Assembly: GCA_046350135.1 (NCBI GenBank)
Contig: JAXMBB010000004.1
Coordinates: forward strand, 91,756 to 155,755
Direction of reading: 5' to 3'
Source: Gemmataceae bacterium
GTDB taxonomy: Bacteria; Planctomycetota; Planctomycetia; Gemmatales; Gemmataceae
DNA length: 64,000 nucleotides
Part shown: positions 40,001-47,821 of the stretch, in pieces
Numbering within the stretch: the first letter of the stretch is position 1
Layout of the letters: the number at the start of each line of letters is the position of its first letter
The notes under the pieces: model-generated
The model's input: only the letters and a program-made list of their open reading frames with translations
Told to the model about the DNA's origin: nothing
Database searches by the model: none
Made by a program: the position numbers and the translations under genes

Positions 40001-41931
40001 GGGAAGGCGGGCGCGCGATCTTCTCCGGCGATTCGAAGTGGCTCGTCGTCCACGATCTCCGCGGGCGTCTGTTCCGCATCAACCTCGCCAGTGGCAAGCC
40101 GGAGAAGGCGTGGGAATTGACGGACAACAACGCCCGCCTCACCAGCGTGACGAACGACGGCACGGTCGCCATGATCGAAGGCAACCTCGAGAACCGCCTG
40201 CGCACGCTGCATGTGGTCGACCTCACGGCGTTGCGGGTGCTCATGGCGGTGCCGCCGACGCCGTTCGCCTCGATCGGCAAGCTCTCGCCGGACGGCAAAT
40301 ACTGCATCGCGGGATTGCTCCGCCCGCAACCGGCCGGCCAACCGACGGCGTTCGATCTCAACGTCTACGAAGTGGCCACGGGCAAGCGGTTGCGGCAGGC
40401 CCGATTCGACGGCTTGGGGAACGCCCTCTCGCTGCAAATCGCCTCCGACCTCGGCTCGTTCGCCATGATCGACCAACAGGCGATGAAGGCCGTGGTTTAC
40501 GACTTCAAGGACGGTGCGGTGGCGGTGGTTCCGAAGATGAAGGATCCCGATCCGCCTGTGATGCCACCGGCGCCCAAGATCGAACGCGCGCCCGCGCCGG
40601 ATGCCACGGCCGTGGCCAAGGCCGAGATGAAACTGCAGACGCTGTTCAAGGACGACTACGCGAAGAAGTCGCCGACCGACCGGCGGGTGTTCGCGACCAA
40701 ATTGTTGGGCCTGGCGGACGCCGAGGCGGACGACCCGGCCCTGCGGTATGCCATGTACCGCGACGCCCGGGACTTCGCCATCGAGATCTCCGAGACGCCG
40801 CTCGTGCTGCGGGCCGTGGATGGGATCCTGCTTCACTACGCGTTGGACGCCGACGCGCTTCGGATCGAGGCGCTGGACAAGGTTCAGAAGACGGCGGGGA
40901 ACAACACGGCGTTGAAGAACGCGGCCGAGGCGGCGCTCGCCGCCGGCGAAAACGCCATCGCGGCCGACCGGTTCGCCGCGGCCGTGCGATACGTGCAAAT
41001 CGCCTCCGAGGCCGTGAAGCGCGGCAACCTGCCCGCCGCGATGAAGGAGGAGGCGGACGCCTTGTCCGCCCGCGTGCAGAAAGGCGCGGAGGCGTTCAAA
41101 CCGGTGCAGCAGGCCTTGGACGATCTTCAGAAGAACCCCGGGAACCGCGATGCCGCCTACGCCGTGGGGCACTACCGCTGCTTCCGCCAGGGCCGCTGGG
41201 ACGAGGGCATCAAGAACCTCGCCGCGGGCGCGTTCGGCGACATGCGCACCGCCGCGACACTGGATGCCGCCGCGCCGCGTCCCGGCCCCGGCGACGTGAA
41301 AATCGCCGACGCCTGGTGGCAAGTGTCGCAATCGGCCGTGGACACGCTGGAGAAACAGGGCGCGATCCATCGCGCCCGTCACTGGTATGCCCGTTCGCTC
41401 GCGGGGCTCGACGGAGCGGCCCGCATGCAAGTCGAGTCCCGCCTCGCCCTCTCGATCGGCGGGACGGACTACAAGCCCGGCCTGCTTGCCGAGTTCACTG
41501 CGAAGGTGCCCGCAATCCTCAAGGATCAGAAGGCCCGGATCGATTCGGTGCTCGATTTCAACGCCGGCGAGTTCAAGGGCACCACGGCGGCCGGTGCCGC
41601 CACCGATCTCTCCGGCAAGTGGAGCGGCGTGCTCCTCGCCCCGCGCGGCGGCCGCTTCCGCATCGCCGTCGCCGCCACGGATCCGGTCGTCGTCCGCATC
41701 GACGGCCGCATCGTGATCGACACCAATGCCAAGGGGGCCCGCCGAGATGCGATGGTGACGTTGCCCGAGAAGCCCGTGAACGTCGAAGTGACGTTCAAGT
41801 GCATCAACACGGAGAAGCACAGCGTGCGGCTGCTGTGGAGCCTGCCCGGCACCGATGCCGAGGAACTGATTCCGCCCGAATCCTTGCTGCACGACAAGAA
41901 GGCCGAGTCGGTGCTGGGCAAAGCACCATGA
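37090..41931 (+). CDS. TerY-P-type protein kinase with TM helix, two beta-propeller modules, helical region and C-terminal PA14-like domain
   Basis: GNFADVY, WAVKCF, MEWVDG, HADLQHGN, LIDYDG, GHPNYQHP; TM LAIGGGVLAVVLAVVAAVAL; PGLLAEF...GKWSGVLLAPRGGRF...VRLLWSLPG. Confidence 0.85.
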   Translation: MSWPLPQDFNEAVQNPAISFMDLDLNTAQAVVGPSGLPLPRSGNFADVYQMRAANGRDWAVKCFTRPVTGLEQRYRKVDEALKKAGLPFTIGFAFLNQGVMVHGTWHPVVKMEWVDGLQLNQAVRLQAGNPKVLDALVQMWSRLCKRLRDAGIAHADLQHGNVLLVAGSKPGSYSLKLIDYDGMFTPSLANTPSGESGHPNYQHPHRAPKQVYSPDLDRFPHLVIATALKALAVCGTKLWENHDTGDNLLFTEEDFKAPASSVLMRDLWATNDPGLQSLVGHLAIACGKAIPQTPWLDQIAPEGVPVPLTPDQARAAAAALGMPPPAWANVVPVSAAEYGVELVAPPPPPPPSNAFTGLEDSEEEIPVEPRSRRTRDGEPYAKKKSSMVPLAIGGGVLAVVLAVVAAVALSGGKNNDETAQQKQDDDKDKEKLKPPPKKETPKPPDPTPPDPTPPKKEPTVPVKSDEFNFDPAGVPELNKKWEELTTGAAASSRYTRTGEFVVTRETNSKTISVFDAKTGTKLKSFTEGETNTADFVCLPEGKVASWHLDQPFAIVWDPATAKKTDRIPVRAIEGTGPRFFDCSPDGVCAAVGYPTIRNEPGKLTLYHTESNKDLKNLEVKFPKTRFTETHFIVGEADRVHFFKLPTGEAERAVRLPSSQPGSRVLALSADGTVALYSGRGRDVHLAKDDTLLATLPARFVPGGPNHYAISDDGRLVAAISPADRMNGEPMNHLEVIDVAAKKLIGRYVLGQGGVDVGSVAFAPDNSALVIARSGRRVQAIEMPRGVLAVLPKMKDPDPMPKDPPLGGGEGWVERWSRPVKDKRARVWFTSDDKSVVIHDPRSPPWQLDVFDASNGVGRPALTSGKPPGILMEKVSLLEDGRLFAMTGIGEFFEWTFKTGETLEPSIKPAWIPKEGERTPPVVEYAPNGRYVFIGKNAVRTPRPGQPPLAEPAPYRLIEVATGNTVSSGEWEGGRAIFSGDSKWLVVHDLRGRLFRINLASGKPEKAWELTDNNARLTSVTNDGTVAMIEGNLENRLRTLHVVDLTALRVLMAVPPTPFASIGKLSPDGKYCIAGLLRPQPAGQPTAFDLNVYEVATGKRLRQARFDGLGNALSLQIASDLGSFAMIDQQAMKAVVYDFKDGAVAVVPKMKDPDPPVMPPAPKIERAPAPDATAVAKAEMKLQTLFKDDYAKKSPTDRRVFATKLLGLADAEADDPALRYAMYRDARDFAIEISETPLVLRAVDGILLHYALDADALRIEALDKVQKTAGNNTALKNAAEAALAAGENAIAADRFAAAVRYVQIASEAVKRGNLPAAMKEEADALSARVQKGAEAFKPVQQALDDLQKNPGNRDAAYAVGHYRCFRQGRWDEGIKNLAAGAFGDMRTAATLDAAAPRPGPGDVKIADAWWQVSQSAVDTLEKQGAIHRARHWYARSLAGLDGAARMQVESRLALSIGGTDYKPGLLAEFTAKVPAILKDQKARIDSVLDFNAGEFKGTTAAGAATDLSGKWSGVLLAPRGGRFRIAVAATDPVVVRIDGRIVIDTNAKGARRDAMVTLPEKPVNVEVTFKCINTEKHSVRLLWSLPGTDAEELIPPESLLHDKKAESVLGKAP

Positions 41932-41987
41932 GGTGAGCCCGCCACGCCAATAAGGGATGTCCGTTCAGGCGCGGCGTTCTGCGTGAA

Positions 41988-42482
41988 TCAATCGTCGGCT
42001 GCAGCGAGCCACGACCGCAGCAACGCTTCCAACTCCTTCAACTCCGCCGCCTTGAGCGGCGGCAGCGAGCGTTTCGCCTCCTCGAACCGCGTCGCGGTTG
42101 CGGCGTCGATCAGTTTCCGCCCCTTCGCGGTGAGTTCGACCACCACCTTGCGGCGATCCGTGGCGTCCGCCTTGCGGGCGATCAGGTCGTCCTTGGCGAG
42201 TTGATCCAGTCTCGCGGTCATGCCGCCGGAGGAAAGCACGACACTCTCGAGGAGTTGCGTCGGCGTCAGGCCGCCCTTCGAGCCGTTGCGACGGAGCGTG
42301 GCGAGAATATCGAACTGCCCGAGCGTGAGCCCGTGTTTCTCCAAGGCCGCATCAACGCTGCGTTCGAGCTTTTTGGCGAGCACGATGACGCGGCCGACGA
42401 GCCCGAGCGGGGCCGGGTCCAAGTCCGGCCGGGCCGTGCGCCAAGCGTCCAAAAGCGTGTCGATCGCGTCGGGAGAAGCCAT
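41988..42482 (-). CDS. MarR-family regulator of the UrtR (HucR/PecS/TamR) type
   Basis: AWRTARPDLD, GQFDILATLRR, LTPTQL, SSGGMTARLD, DRRKVVVELT. Confidence 0.88.
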   Translation of the reverse strand: MASPDAIDTLLDAWRTARPDLDPAPLGLVGRVIVLAKKLERSVDAALEKHGLTLGQFDILATLRRNGSKGGLTPTQLLESVVLSSGGMTARLDQLAKDDLIARKADATDRRKVVVELTAKGRKLIDAATATRFEEAKRSLPPLKAAELKELEALLRSWLAAADD

Positions 42483-42502
42483 GCCGAGAGGGTAAGCGAA
42501 AT

Positions 42503-42535
42503 TATCTTAATGTCAAGATTCTTGACATCGAAGTA
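42503..42535. promoter_or_regulatory. Tandem palindromic operator between the MarR gene and ilvC
   Basis: TATCTTAATGTCAAGATTCTTGACATCGAAGTA; perfect ATGTCAAGA-T-TCTTGACAT at 42510-42528. Confidence 0.75.
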
Positions 42536-42581
42536 ATTCGCCGATAGGGTAGTGGTCGAACCACGTTCCAGGAGCCTCCCC

Positions 42582-43634
42582 GTGAAAGAGATCAAGATCG
42601 GCGACAATGTCGAGCAGTGCGTCGAGCGGTCGGATTACCCGCCGGACAAGGTGCGGCAGATCCTGAAGGATGAAACCGTGGCCGTGCTCGGCTATGGCGT
42701 CCAGGGACGCGGCCAATCGCTCAATATGCGCGACAACGGCATCAAGGTGATCGTCGGCCAACGCAAGGGCGGCAAGGCGTACGACCTGTGCCTCGAAGAC
42801 GGCTGGAAGCCCGGCGAGACGCTGTTCGATCCGGAGGAAGCCGCCGCGAAGGGCACTGTCGTCCAATACCTTCTGTCCGACGCCGGGCAGAAGGACATGT
42901 GGTCCAAGATCAAGCCGCATCTCACGAAGGGCAAGGCCCTGTACTTCTCCCACGGCTTCGCGATCGTGTTCAACGACCAGACGGGCGTGGTGCCGCCGCC
43001 GGACGTGGACGTGATCCTCGTGGCGCCGAAGGGCTCGGGCACGACGGTGCGGCGCCTCTTCCTCGAAGGACGCGGCATCAACAGCAGCTTCGCCATCCAT
43101 CAGGACGCGACGGGCCGCGCCCGCGAACGCTGCCTCGCGCTCGGCGTCGCCATCGGCTCGGGATACCTGTTCGAGACCACCTTCAAGAAGGAAGTGGTGT
43201 CGGACCTCACCGGCGAACGCGGCGTGCTCATGGGGGCGATCTACGGCCTGTGGCTCGCCCAGTACGAAGTGCTCCGCGAGCACGGCCACTCGCCGAGCGA
43301 AGCCTTCAACGAGACGGTCGAGGAAGCCACGCAGAGCCTGTACCCGCTGATCGCGGAGAAGGGCATGGACTGGATGTACGCGAACTGCAGCACGACGGCC
43401 CAGCGCGGCGCGCTGGACTGGTTCAAGCCGTTCCGCGATGCGAGCAAGCCGGTGTTCGAGAAGCTCTATCAATCGGTGGCGAGCGGCGAGGAGGCGCGGC
43501 GCACGCTGGAGGCGAACAGCAAGGCGGACTACCGTGTCGGGCTGGAGAAGGAGTTGAAGGAGATCGCCGAGAGCGAGATGTGGGTGGCGGGCGCGCAAGT
43601 GCGGGCCCTGCGACCCGAGCGTCAGGGACAGTGA
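42582..43634 (+). CDS. ilvC: Ketol-acid reductoisomerase
   Basis: GYGVQGRGQSLNMRD, FSHGF, VAPKGSG, SDLTGERGVLMG, EAFNETVEE, MYANCSTTAQRGALDW; AGGAG RBS before GTG. Confidence 0.95.
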   Translation: MKEIKIGDNVEQCVERSDYPPDKVRQILKDETVAVLGYGVQGRGQSLNMRDNGIKVIVGQRKGGKAYDLCLEDGWKPGETLFDPEEAAAKGTVVQYLLSDAGQKDMWSKIKPHLTKGKALYFSHGFAIVFNDQTGVVPPPDVDVILVAPKGSGTTVRRLFLEGRGINSSFAIHQDATGRARERCLALGVAIGSGYLFETTFKKEVVSDLTGERGVLMGAIYGLWLAQYEVLREHGHSPSEAFNETVEEATQSLYPLIAEKGMDWMYANCSTTAQRGALDWFKPFRDASKPVFEKLYQSVASGEEARRTLEANSKADYRVGLEKELKEIAESEMWVAGAQVRALRPERQGQ

Positions 43635-43639
43635 CCAAA

Positions 43640-43684
43640 CAGTGACAGTGGTGTGTCACTTCGTGTGACACACTACTGTCACTG
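43640..43684. terminator. 20-bp stem-loop immediately after ilvC
   Basis: CAGTGACAGTGGTGTGTCAC-TTCGT-GTGACACACTACTGTCACTG (one G-U pair); no U-tract. Confidence 0.55.
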
Positions 43685-43953
43685 CGGGTGTCGCGGCGGG
43701 AGGGTGCGGCACTCGCGTTTTCCCTTGAGTTTCACGCATTTCTTCACAGTCAGTGACACCGGTCATACACAGACACTTGTTTTAATGACTGATTCGGTGC
43801 GAATAGTCATCTTTTTGCTCCGTAGCGGCCGGAAAAAGATTTCCCAAATAACTTCCGTCAGGGGGCGTTCCCTAACCCGTTGCCGGGGCGGGGGGTCCGG
43901 GGCGGGGGTGAGCGCATCCCCGCCACAAGGCCGGGAGGGGGTGTTCCGGTCTA

Positions 43954-43983
43954 TTGACAGCCCCTGCCACCCGCCTCTATCAT
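43954..43983 (+). promoter_or_regulatory. Sigma70-type promoter
   Basis: TTGACA - 18 bp - TATCAT. Confidence 0.65.
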
Positions 43984-44135
43984 GCCCCGCGACTGACCCG
44001 GACGACCGCCGTCGCGACGCACCTTCCCCCGGCGGGAACCGAGGCAATCGATTCATCGTTCCATGCCCGTTCGGTCGATATCGGTTCTTAATCCGTTTGT
44101 TCGCAGGCCTTTGCGGCGATGCCGCAGGAGTCGCC

Positions 44136-44525
44136 GTGTCGTCGTCACCCGCGATTTCCGAGTTCCGCACCGCGTGGCTTCCGCACGTGACGGATCAAGG
44201 TTTGGAACGCCTCATCGATCTCCTCGCCAAGGCCAGCCCGATGCTGATCCACGGGGCGTTCACACGCGCCGTGCCGATGGGTTGCCTCGCCTCGCACATC
44301 GCGTGGAATCACGACCGCACGTCGCACTTGCAGCACGAAGCGGGCGTGATGTGGCTCTGCCGCGTGGCCAAGCTGAATCCCGCGACCTCGCACTTGGTCT
44401 TGGCATGGGACAAGGCTGGTGTCGGCGACTTTGAACTGCGGAGTGCCCTGCTCGAAGCCTGCGAAGAAGAACGCGGTCGCCGCGAGAACGTGTTCGAGGA
44501 AGAGTTGGACGCGGTGCTCTGCTGA
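44136..44525 (+). CDS. Hypothetical protein (129 aa)
   Basis: AGGAG RBS, GTG start, typical GC3-rich codon usage; the longer ORF-track version extends into AT-rich non-coding DNA. Confidence 0.75.
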   Translation: MSSSPAISEFRTAWLPHVTDQGLERLIDLLAKASPMLIHGAFTRAVPMGCLASHIAWNHDRTSHLQHEAGVMWLCRVAKLNPATSHLVLAWDKAGVGDFELRSALLEACEEERGRRENVFEEELDAVLC

Positions 44526-44682
44526 CCCATTCGACCCGGGCCGTGTTTGTTCCCTTCTTCCTGCCGGCCGAGTTGCTGATCGCTGTCGGCCGCGGCCCCC
44601 GATGACCACCTGAAGCGTCTTGGGCTTGCGGCAGGCCGGTGCATTGCGGCACAATCGGCTCCTCTCCACGGAAGGAGCCTCC

Positions 44683-45939
44683 ATGCGTCCGCTGCGCGTC
44701 GCCGTGCTCGACGAAGAACTCCCGTTCCCCGCCACGTCCGGCAAGCGGATCCGCACGTTCAATCTGCTCAGCCGCCTTGCGGAGCGGCACCGCGTCACTC
44801 TGCTCTGCCACCGCAATCCGGATCGCGACGAAGCCGCCGCGGCGGACAAGGCCTTTCGCCAACTCGGCATCGAGACCGTGATCGTGGATCGCAGCGTGCC
44901 GAGCAAGTCCGGCCCCGTGTTCTATGCGCGGCTCGCCGGGAACCTGCTCTCGCCGCTGCCGTACTCCGTGGCCTCGCACTCGAGCCCGGCGCTCGCGGAT
45001 GCCGCCCGACGGTTCGCCGCCAAGCACCGCGTCGATGTCTGGCATTGCGATTGGACTCCGTACGCCCAAGTGCTGCGGGACGCGTTCGGCCCGCGGCTCG
45101 GTTCCATGCGGTGGTCCGTGATGGCCCACAACGTCGAGTCGCTCATCTGGCAGCGGTACGTCGAAACCGAATCCAATCCCATGAAGCGGTGGTACATCCG
45201 CAAACAATTGGACAAGTTCGAAGCGTTCGAGAAATGGGCTTACACGAAGGCGTCGATCGCGATCGCGGTGAGCGACGAAGACTCGCTGCTGATGCAGGAA
45301 CGCTTCGGTGTGAGCGAAGTACAAGTGGTCGAGAACGGCGTAGACACCGGATACTTCAAGCCGCAGCGCGACGTGGACCGCGACCCGGCCCGAATCCTGT
45401 TCCTCGGCAGCCTCGATTGGCGTCCCAACCAGGACGGTGTGGGCCTGCTGCTGAACGACATTTTCCCGAAGGTTCGCCAGCAGGTTCCGAACGCGACACT
45501 GGCCATTGTCGGCCGCCATCCGCCGGAGGCGATGCGGGCGCAGGCCAAGGCCACGCCCGGCGTGCAACTCTTCGCGAACGTGCCGGACGTGCGGCCGCAC
45601 CTGGCCCAATGCGGGATGCTGGCCGTGCCGCTTCGCATCGGCGGCGGTTCGCGGTTGAAGATTCTCGAAGCCCTGGCCGCCGGTACGCCCGTGGTGTCCA
45701 CTCGCATCGGTGCCGAAGGCTTGAAGCTGACACCGGGCCGCGACTTCACCCAGACGGACGGCATCACCGGCCTCGCGGATGCGATCGTGAAGGGCATTCG
45801 CCAGCCGTACGAACTGGAAGACCAAGCCGAGAATGGCCGACGCGTCGTGCTGCAAAACTACGACTGGCCGCAACTCGCCGAGAAGCTGGATGAAGCGTGG
45901 TGGACGGTCGCCACGGCCGAGATTCCCGCCGCGGCCTGA
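44683..45939 (+). CDS. Glycosyltransferase family 4
   Basis: PFPATSGKRIR, HNVES, VENGVD, FLGSLDWRPN, PLRIGGGSRLKILEALAAGTPVVST. Confidence 0.92.
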   Translation: MRPLRVAVLDEELPFPATSGKRIRTFNLLSRLAERHRVTLLCHRNPDRDEAAAADKAFRQLGIETVIVDRSVPSKSGPVFYARLAGNLLSPLPYSVASHSSPALADAARRFAAKHRVDVWHCDWTPYAQVLRDAFGPRLGSMRWSVMAHNVESLIWQRYVETESNPMKRWYIRKQLDKFEAFEKWAYTKASIAIAVSDEDSLLMQERFGVSEVQVVENGVDTGYFKPQRDVDRDPARILFLGSLDWRPNQDGVGLLLNDIFPKVRQQVPNATLAIVGRHPPEAMRAQAKATPGVQLFANVPDVRPHLAQCGMLAVPLRIGGGSRLKILEALAAGTPVVSTRIGAEGLKLTPGRDFTQTDGITGLADAIVKGIRQPYELEDQAENGRRVVLQNYDWPQLAEKLDEAWWTVATAEIPAAA

Positions 45940-45942
45940 TGA

Positions 45943-47094
45943 TCACGCTTCCCGCTCCACGAGCATCAGCGTGAAATCATCGGGGTGTCGGGAACGCGGC
46001 AGCAGATCGGCCGCGACCGCATCCGTGAATGCGGTTCCGTTCGATTCGCGATGGCGCTTCACGGACTCGAGCAGCGGATCGGGCGATTCGCCGGGCGGGC
46101 TCGCGCCGTCCGAAGCCACCAGCAGTTTGTCTCCCGGTTGCAGCGTACCGCGGCGCGGCGGGTAGCTCGTCTCCGCGGAGCCGAGAAACGGGCCGGGCAC
46201 GGACCACACCTCGGGCTCGCGGCCTGCGGGGATGAACACCGGGGCGGGCAATCCGGCTCGGGCGAGCGCGAGCGAGCCGTCCCGAGCATCCACGTTGCCG
46301 ACCAGCATGGCAACCAAGGGCGGTTCTTCGAGTCCGAGCCCGATCAGCGTGCGGTTCACTTCGACGAGCGCTTCCTCCGGTGGCACGAGCCGGTACCGGT
46401 TCCCATTGATCATCTTCAACCGAGTGCATTGGTTCACGAGGACGCCGAGCAAGTTGCCGGAGGCGGCGCGGCCCAGTGCGTCGCCCAAGAAGAAGCCGAC
46501 GGTGTGTTCGTCGAGCCGGCGAACGTCGTAGAAGTCCCCGCCGTGGGCGGTTTGCGGGCGATTCACCACGGTGAAGCGGATGTTTCCCACTTCGGGGAAT
46601 GCTTGCGGGAGCGAACCGCGGCGGATGCGGCGGCCCATTTCCTGTTCGAGTTCGAGTTGCGTGCGAGCCTTGCGAAGTTGTTCGCCGAGCAGGAGCGATT
46701 CCCCCGCCTTGCGAGCGAGCCGCGCGGCCGCGGCCTGCGTGCGGGCCAGGGCTTTCACTTGCGCCACGAGCGTTCCCGGCTCGGCGGTTCGCACCAGGCA
46801 CGCATCCGCGCCGGCTTCGTATCCTTGGTATGCGACCGCACCGGAAGGCTCGGGAAGCAGCCAGAGCACGGGCGTGATCTGGTCGCCGAGTTCGAGCCGC
46901 CAGCGCTTCGTCTGCGCGGCGGCGAGATCGACCCGCTCGCCCACCTCGATCGCGGCCGCGGCCAGGGGCGAGAGATCGACTGCGGGCGCGGAGCCGAGCG
47001 CGTGCGGGATCACCGTGAAGCCGGCCGCAGCGAGCGGCTCGCGGATCGCATCCGTGTTCGAGTGCGGGAGAGAACTGAGCAGCACGCGGGTCAT
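45943..47094 (-). CDS. RsbU/SpoIIE-type PP2C phosphatase with degenerate receiver-like N-terminus
   Basis: GYEAGADACL, coiled coil, GGDFYD, GDALG, ASDG, DDFT. Confidence 0.87.
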   Translation of the reverse strand: MTRVLLSSLPHSNTDAIREPLAAAGFTVIPHALGSAPAVDLSPLAAAAIEVGERVDLAAAQTKRWRLELGDQITPVLWLLPEPSGAVAYQGYEAGADACLVRTAEPGTLVAQVKALARTQAAAARLARKAGESLLLGEQLRKARTQLELEQEMGRRIRRGSLPQAFPEVGNIRFTVVNRPQTAHGGDFYDVRRLDEHTVGFFLGDALGRAASGNLLGVLVNQCTRLKMINGNRYRLVPPEEALVEVNRTLIGLGLEEPPLVAMLVGNVDARDGSLALARAGLPAPVFIPAGREPEVWSVPGPFLGSAETSYPPRRGTLQPGDKLLVASDGASPPGESPDPLLESVKRHRESNGTAFTDAVAADLLPRSRHPDDFTLMLVEREA

Positions 47095-47110
47095 GGAGCT
47101 TCACCGGGAA

Positions 47111-47176
47111 GGCGAGGCTCCTGCCGAGCCGGGCTGTACAACCATCGAACGCACGCGGCTCGGCAGGAGCCTCGCC
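47111..47176. repeat. 21-bp perfect inverted repeat (REP-like)
   Basis: GGCGAGGCTCCTGCCGAGCCG (47111-47131) and CGGCTCGGCAGGAGCCTCGCC (47156-47176). Confidence 0.85.
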
Positions 47177-47254
47177 CGGCCGAGGGCGAATGGTTCTCGG
47201 AGGGCGGTGAACACGATAAACTTTCTTGATGCCCGCCGGAACGCCAAGTGTGAA

Positions 47255-47821
47255 ATGATTCTCGAGGCGCTCGTCACCACGATAAACGCGGACGGCACGC
47301 CTCACGTGGCGCCGATGGGCCCGCGCGTCGACGTCGACTTCAGCCGCTTCACGCTGCGGCCGTTCCCCACGTCCGGCACGTACCGCAATCTGCGGCGGCA
47401 TCCCGAAGGCGTGATTCACGTCACGGACGACGCGCGGCTCATTGCGAAGGCCGCGCTCGGCGCCGTCGATCCGCTGCCGCCTTGGGAACCGGCCCGAACT
47501 GTGAAGGGCTTCGTGCTCGGCGATGCCTGCCGCTGGTACGAATTTCGCGTCACCTCCATCGACGACTCGACCGAGCGCGTCACCATCGAAACGGACGTGC
47601 TTCACACCGGCCGCGGTCGCGACTTCTTCGGATTCAACCGGGCCAAGCATGCGGTCGTGGAAGCGGCCATCCTCGCCACGAGGATGCATCTCATCCCGCA
47701 TTCCGAAATCGCCGCCGAGTTCGCGAAGTTTCGCATCATCGTGAACAAGACCGGCGGCGAAGCGGAACACGAGGCGATGGATTTCCTGGAATCGCGGCTC
47801 GCCGTGGAGGCCGCCCGATGA
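47255..47821 (+). CDS. DUF447 family protein (H4MPT-pathway associated)
   Basis: MILEALVTT...HVAPMGP, TYRNL, GFNRAKHAVVEAAILATR; overlaps the mptG start. Confidence 0.85.
   Translation: MILEALVTTINADGTPHVAPMGPRVDVDFSRFTLRPFPTSGTYRNLRRHPEGVIHVTDDARLIAKAALGAVDPLPPWEPARTVKGFVLGDACRWYEFRVTSIDDSTERVTIETDVLHTGRGRDFFGFNRAKHAVVEAAILATRMHLIPHSEIAAEFAKFRIIVNKTGGEAEHEAMDFLESRLAVEAAR

Noticed and set aside
43628-43760. Possible CRISPR array from repeated CAGTGAC words
   Set aside because: Repeats are only about 7 bp, irregularly spaced, with no cas genes; no CRISPR array was seen anywhere in the window.
43653-44135. N-terminal extension of the 290-aa ORF
   Set aside because: Runs through hairpin, AT-rich and promoter DNA; the RBS supports GTG 44136.
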